64,000 nucleotides of DNA, taken from contig OY764265.1 of the NCBI GenBank assembly GCA_963668355.1, positions 1,824,001 to 1,888,000 of the forward strand. Direction: 5' to 3'. Positions 59,578-64,000 of this stretch are shown here, one piece after another. The DNA comes from Bdellovibrionota bacterium. Its GTDB lineage: Bacteria > Bdellovibrionota_G > JALEGL01 > DATDPG01. The number at the start of each line of letters is the position of its first letter. Position 1 is the stretch's first letter. A model generated the notes under the pieces. It was not told where the DNA came from, did no database searches, and was given only the letters and a program-made list of their open reading frames with translations. The translations under genes were made by a program, and so were the position numbers.

Positions 59578-61767
59578 TTACAGCGCGCTTAATTCGTTCA
59601 GGATCTTTTGCGTGTGGGTATAGTCCGGAAGGACAAATCGTGCAGCGGTGTTCCGTCCATTGACTCTACAGCTCCAAGCATCCTGAGGTACGGCCGAAAA
59701 CATGTCTTCGTCGGTTCGGTCATCTCCAAAACACAAAACAAAGGCATCGGGTTTCACTCGACTTAAAGCATGTTTTACGAGAGTTCCTTTGTTGACGCCT
59801 TGAGGCCTGACTTCTACAACCTTTTTCCCCCGAATTACATCAATGGGCATTCCGGCCAAGCTCTCTTTTAAGTGAATCGTGAGTTCGTGCGCTTGCCATT
59901 CCCCCAATTCCGGATCGGATTGTCGAAAGTGCCACGTGATTCCATTCGTTTTTTTCTCAAGTGTGGAGCCGGGTGTCCTGCGAAGGTAGTCATGGAAAAT
60001 GGGAAAAACTTTGTTGACCCAGTCATTGTTGGAGGGGGCCAATTGCAGCCATTTTTTGATCTGGATTTCTTTGCAGAACAAACCATGTTCCGCAGATAGA
60101 TGGATGGGAATATTGGAGAACCACTTGTCGAGAACCTTTCGAGAGCGTCCGCTAACCAAATACACATCATTCTTTTTGTCTTTCCCCAGTTTCTTGAGAA
60201 GGGAAAGCGTGCGATTTGATGGCGGAGCCAAGTCGGGCGTTGGAGCGAAAGGTGCCAGCGTACCATCATAATCTAGGAAAATGAGGCGGGAATCCGCGCT
60301 TTTGTATTCCTTTTTTAAAATGGGGAGATTGTGTCGAAGGTCAACGACTGCAGGAGGCAACTCATGTTCTCCACTTTCAAGATTCCGAACGAATCGCCGA
60401 GCCCATGCTAAAGAAGAAAAAGCTTCGACATATTTCAGATTTTGAGCAACACGCTTCTTTCGTTCAGCGGGTTTCATGGCGAGTGCTTGGGAAATAGCGT
60501 TGGAGACTCCTTGAATGTCCCAAGGGTTAATGAACAAAGCGTTCCCGAGAGAATGAGCGGCGCCTGCAAATTCGCTCAAGATGAGGACGCCATCTTTTTC
60601 TTTTTGGCAGGCGGTATACTCCAGGGCAACTAAGTTCATCCCATCTCGGATCGACGTAATGAGCATGATGTCAGAAAGGCGATACAAAGCCGTCAATTCT
60701 TCGAAGGGAATGCTATTGGTGATGTAGTGGATGGGCGTATGGCCTGGAGTGCCATATTTGCCGTTAATGCGTCCCACCAATTCATCCATCTGTTGCTTGA
60801 GGGAGATGTAATCTTTGACATGCTCTCTGGAGGGAACCGCCACCTGAACCAGGACCACTGATTTTCGCTTAGAGGGATTCTTTTCCAGGAAAGCCTCGAA
60901 AGCTTGTAACTTGGGAACGATTCCCTTGATGTAATCGCTTCGATCCACGCCGAGAATTACGGTTTTTCCTTTGAACTGATCCTCAAGTTTCTTGCGAACA
61001 CGAACCACTTTTGGGGCCTTGATGGTTTTGATAAAATCGTTTGGCGCAATTCCGATGGGGTAGGTTCCAAAGTGAATCTTCCGATTCTTATAAATGACTT
61101 GATCGTGCGTGGAATCGGTTCCCAATACACGGACACAGGAGCTGGCAAAATGTCGAGCGTAATCGAGGGTTTGAAATCCGATGAGATCGCTTCCCAAAAG
61201 TCCTTTAAGAAGTTCCTCTCGAACCGGAAGCAAGCGATACAATTCCGAGGAAGGGAAAGGAATGTGTAAGAAGAATCCGATATTCAATTCCGGGATTTCT
61301 TTTCTTAAAATCTGTGGCAGCAGAAAGAGTTGATAGTCGTGAACCCAGACCGATGTACTTTTTTTGCAAAGGGGTAAAACTTTCTCTGCAAACTGCTCGT
61401 TTACACGTTTGTATTCGTTCCAAAACGGCAGTGAAAAATCCACGAAATTTGGCAAATAGTGAAACAGCGGCCAAATGACGGAATTGCAAAAACCATTATA
61501 AAATTGCTCAATTTGAGTTTGGTCGAGAAAAACGGGAGTAAACCCATTTTCCTTTTCGAGCATGGTTTTCACCTTGGGCTGATCGCTTCCTGGAACGTCT
61601 GCCCCCGGCCAACCCACCCATTTAAAACTTAAATTTTGTTTCACGCCCGCCAATGCAGAGGCCAGGCCCCCGCTGCTCGGTTTGGCTTTCCAGCCCTTGG
61701 AGTCACTCTTCAGAGCGATGGGGAGGCGATTGGAGACGACGATGAGTTCTCGTTTACGTGGTGCCAT
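59578..61767 (-). CDS. Bifunctional trehalose-6-phosphate synthase/phosphatase (OtsA-OtsB fusion)
   Basis: VSNRLP, WVHDYQL, GFFLHIPFPS, DGMNLV, HAD motif DYDGTL, GDDRTDEDMF. Confidence 0.93.
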   Translation of the reverse strand: MAPRKRELIVVSNRLPIALKSDSKGWKAKPSSGGLASALAGVKQNLSFKWVGWPGADVPGSDQPKVKTMLEKENGFTPVFLDQTQIEQFYNGFCNSVIWPLFHYLPNFVDFSLPFWNEYKRVNEQFAEKVLPLCKKSTSVWVHDYQLFLLPQILRKEIPELNIGFFLHIPFPSSELYRLLPVREELLKGLLGSDLIGFQTLDYARHFASSCVRVLGTDSTHDQVIYKNRKIHFGTYPIGIAPNDFIKTIKAPKVVRVRKKLEDQFKGKTVILGVDRSDYIKGIVPKLQAFEAFLEKNPSKRKSVVLVQVAVPSREHVKDYISLKQQMDELVGRINGKYGTPGHTPIHYITNSIPFEELTALYRLSDIMLITSIRDGMNLVALEYTACQKEKDGVLILSEFAGAAHSLGNALFINPWDIQGVSNAISQALAMKPAERKKRVAQNLKYVEAFSSLAWARRFVRNLESGEHELPPAVVDLRHNLPILKKEYKSADSRLIFLDYDGTLAPFAPTPDLAPPSNRTLSLLKKLGKDKKNDVYLVSGRSRKVLDKWFSNIPIHLSAEHGLFCKEIQIKKWLQLAPSNNDWVNKVFPIFHDYLRRTPGSTLEKKTNGITWHFRQSDPELGEWQAHELTIHLKESLAGMPIDVIRGKKVVEVRPQGVNKGTLVKHALSRVKPDAFVLCFGDDRTDEDMFSAVPQDAWSCRVNGRNTAARFVLPDYTHTQKILNELSAL

Positions 61768-61853
61768 AATTAAGTAGGTGTCGAAAAACTCGACAGTTTG
61801 GAAGAGATAACATGAATCCCCAAAGGGAACAAGGGAGGCGTAAGTATTTGAAT

Positions 61854-62951
61854 TTATTTAGTTGAAGTTTGATCTGGCGACGGTTGGTAGATGCACCAGT
61901 CGTCGGTTTCCAGGAAATCTCCCGTTAAGGCATAGGCTCGGGAACGCGAACCTCCACAAATGTCCTTGTATTCACATCGGCCACATCTTCCCTTAAGGAG
62001 ATTTCCATCTCGTAGGTCTCGAAAAAGAGGGGAGCGCCGGTAGATCTCTGAAAGAACATCTTTTTTCACATTTCCTGCAGAAATGGGAAGGAAGCCGCTC
62101 GGAAAGACTTCCCCGTCATGCGCGACAAAAAGAAAGCCTTTGCCCGCATTGACGGCACTGGGAGCCCTTCCCATACTATGTCCTGGACCCTCGGACCTCA
62201 TGAGGCGAGGGTGGAGTCCTTGTCCTGTATTTTCCTGCTGGGCGACAAAACGTCGGTAATGAGGGGCTTCGGTCACTTTTAAAATGAAGGAGCACTCTCG
62301 GTGAAGTTGGTGGAGGGTGAAAAAAGCCTGCTCACATTCGTTTGCAGAAAGTGAAGCAAGATCCTTTCCTCGGCCTGTGGGGACCAGGAAAAAGACTTCC
62401 CAGAAGACAATTCCCAAACTGGATACAAATTTAGCCATATCCTCAAGATAAGGCAGAGATTGAGCGGTAATCGTCGTGTTGATTTGGAGTGGAATCTGTA
62501 AATCGTGAGCCCACTGAATTCCCTTCATCGTGAGTTCAAAGGCTCCAGGAACCCCTCGAAACGAATCATGGAGATCGGAGGAGGGGAAGTCCAAGCTGAA
62601 CGCGAGTTGATCCAAGCCAGAGTCCCTTAAGCTTTGAAGACGTTTTTGTGTGAGCATGGGGGTGGCTGCGGGGATTGTGGCGACGGTAAGCCCGAGATTT
62701 TTTCCGTGTTGAATCAAGTCTTCGAGGTCTATCCGTTTTAAGGGGTCGCCTCCACTTAACACCAGAATGGGGCAACCCATTTGGGATACCGAGGTAATCA
62801 ATTCTCGTCCTTCTGAGGGAGTTAGCTCTCCCTGCAAAGGTTCTGGCTGTGCGGACGCACGGCAATGACTGCATGCCAAATCACACGCTTGGGTCACTTC
62901 CCAAATCACAAGAAACGGTGTGTCATCATAATTTACAACAGGCATTTTCAT
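61854..62951 (-). CDS. Radical SAM/SPASM protein (AhbD/NirJ-like)
   Basis: WEVTQACDLACSHCR, TEAPHYRR, SPASM CGRCEYKDICGGSR. Confidence 0.85.
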   Translation of the reverse strand: MKMPVVNYDDTPFLVIWEVTQACDLACSHCRASAQPEPLQGELTPSEGRELITSVSQMGCPILVLSGGDPLKRIDLEDLIQHGKNLGLTVATIPAATPMLTQKRLQSLRDSGLDQLAFSLDFPSSDLHDSFRGVPGAFELTMKGIQWAHDLQIPLQINTTITAQSLPYLEDMAKFVSSLGIVFWEVFFLVPTGRGKDLASLSANECEQAFFTLHQLHRECSFILKVTEAPHYRRFVAQQENTGQGLHPRLMRSEGPGHSMGRAPSAVNAGKGFLFVAHDGEVFPSGFLPISAGNVKKDVLSEIYRRSPLFRDLRDGNLLKGRCGRCEYKDICGGSRSRAYALTGDFLETDDWCIYQPSPDQTSTK

Positions 62952-63038
62952 CAATGGTGCAAGTATATATCTGAGTTTTACAAAAAGGCGTAGCTCGTAG
63001 ACAATACATTCTTACACGCTGTTCTGGAGGAAAAACGT

Positions 63039-64000
63039 ATGAGTCGACTCGGATGTTTGAAATCTTCGTTCCTTCTTTTGTTTTTGATGAGTTTCCCGGG
63101 ATTGGCAGATGCCCAAGGAGGTCATGAAGCAACCCAAGATGTTACACAATTGAGCATTGAAGAATTGATGGGAATGACCATCACGTCGGTTTCGAAGAAA
63201 GAGGGGAGAGCGTTCGAAGCGCCTTCTGCCTTGTATGTGTTGACTCAAGAAGACATTCGCAGATCTGGGGCGACGCATGTTGCTGAAGCTCTTCGGATGG
63301 TTCCGGGTCTGCAAGTTGCGAAGGTGGATGCTAGCACGTGGGCCATTTCTGCAAGGGGGGAGAACAGTGATTTTGCCAATAAGCTCTTGGTCTTGATCGA
63401 CGGTCGGTCGGTTTATACCCAGGCCTTCGGAGGAGTGTACTGGGATTTTCAAGGTTTGCCTTTGTATGATGTAGAGCGCATTGAGGTGATTCGGGGCCCA
63501 GGTGGAACCCTCTGGGGAGCCAACGCTGTAAACGGTGTGATCAATATCATCACCAAGCATTCCAAAGATACGCAAGGAGTTCATGCCGAAGTAGGTGGAG
63601 GTTTTGAGGATCGGGTTTTTGGTGGTGTGCGATATGGCAGTCAAATCAACGAAAAATTGAGTTATCGTTTGCATACGCAATACAAGAAGCGAGATAGCAG
63701 TGAGTTTGCGGATCCCTCACAACCTGGGCACGCCACAGATGCGTGGTGGAATTTGGGAGGGGGCCTTCGGTTGGACTGGGAGGCAGATTCGAAAAATCAC
63801 TTCTGTTTGACCAGTGATATTTCTCGATTGAAAAAAGATTTTTTACTGCAAGAACCAACTTCAACCGCTCCATTTTTGTCGTCCATTTTCGGAGAGACGA
63901 AGGGGACCAAGGGGCATGTGTTGGCTCATTGGACGCATGAATTTGCTCCAGACACCGTCTCCGACACCCAATTTTATTTTACGCGATACGATCGTACTTC
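63039..64000 (+). CDS. TonB-dependent receptor (3'-truncated by window)
   Basis: Own translation from ATG 63039 (RBS GGAGG): signal peptide, LSIEELM..TSVSKK, ERIEVIRGPGGTLWGANAVNGVINIITK. Confidence 0.9.
   Translation, partial: MSRLGCLKSSFLLLFLMSFPGLADAQGGHEATQDVTQLSIEELMGMTITSVSKKEGRAFEAPSALYVLTQEDIRRSGATHVAEALRMVPGLQVAKVDASTWAISARGENSDFANKLLVLIDGRSVYTQAFGGVYWDFQGLPLYDVERIEVIRGPGGTLWGANAVNGVINIITKHSKDTQGVHAEVGGGFEDRVFGGVRYGSQINEKLSYRLHTQYKKRDSSEFADPSQPGHATDAWWNLGGGLRLDWEADSKNHFCLTSDISRLKKDFLLQEPTSTAPFLSSIFGETKGTKGHVLAHWTHEFAPDTVSDTQFYFTRYDRT

Noticed and set aside
61817..61830. TCCCCAAAGGGAAC resembling half of the RAYT palindrome
   Set aside because: Two mismatches and no second arm; compatible with chance
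63012..63680. 222-aa minus-strand ORF
   Set aside because: Shadow of the plus-strand TonB receptor, which the ORF track missed because it runs off the window

Overview
Mostly core chromosome of a Gram-negative bacterium. Gene content and order resemble 'deltaproteobacteria' (Bdellovibrionota/Myxococcota-like); this assignment is an inference. Housekeeping content: ftsX-envC-ctpA, xseB-ispA-tlyA, ispH, hutU-hutI-ftcD, rplM-rpsI-pyrG, hpnH, rpoN-hpf-ptsN-rapZ-HPr-EI-metK, rpsU-dnaG-rpoD-tRNA-Ile2-rnhA-rnpB, efp, ahcY, polA, trxB, fused otsA/otsB, a radical SAM/SPASM gene and a truncated TonB-dependent receptor. Most notable items: (1) a 423-bp intergenic element with two 95-bp inverted arms whose internal hairpins show compensatory changes, around an AT-rich cargo; (2) a membrane Ser/Thr kinase ending in a RelE-like domain, clustered with a lipoprotein, two HU paralogues and a double-FHA sigma54 activator; (3) a RAYT-type HUH transposase between 39-bp direct repeats with perfect palindromes and a sigma54-type promoter; (4) a candidate sigma54-driven ~200-nt sRNA and two sigma54-linked Asp/Cys-repeat lipoproteins; (5) hpnH sitting where the kds/lpt LPS genes usually lie between pyrG and rpoN; (6) polA lacking a canonical start codon, plus many apparently leaderless genes. 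All calls are by eye; no searches were run.
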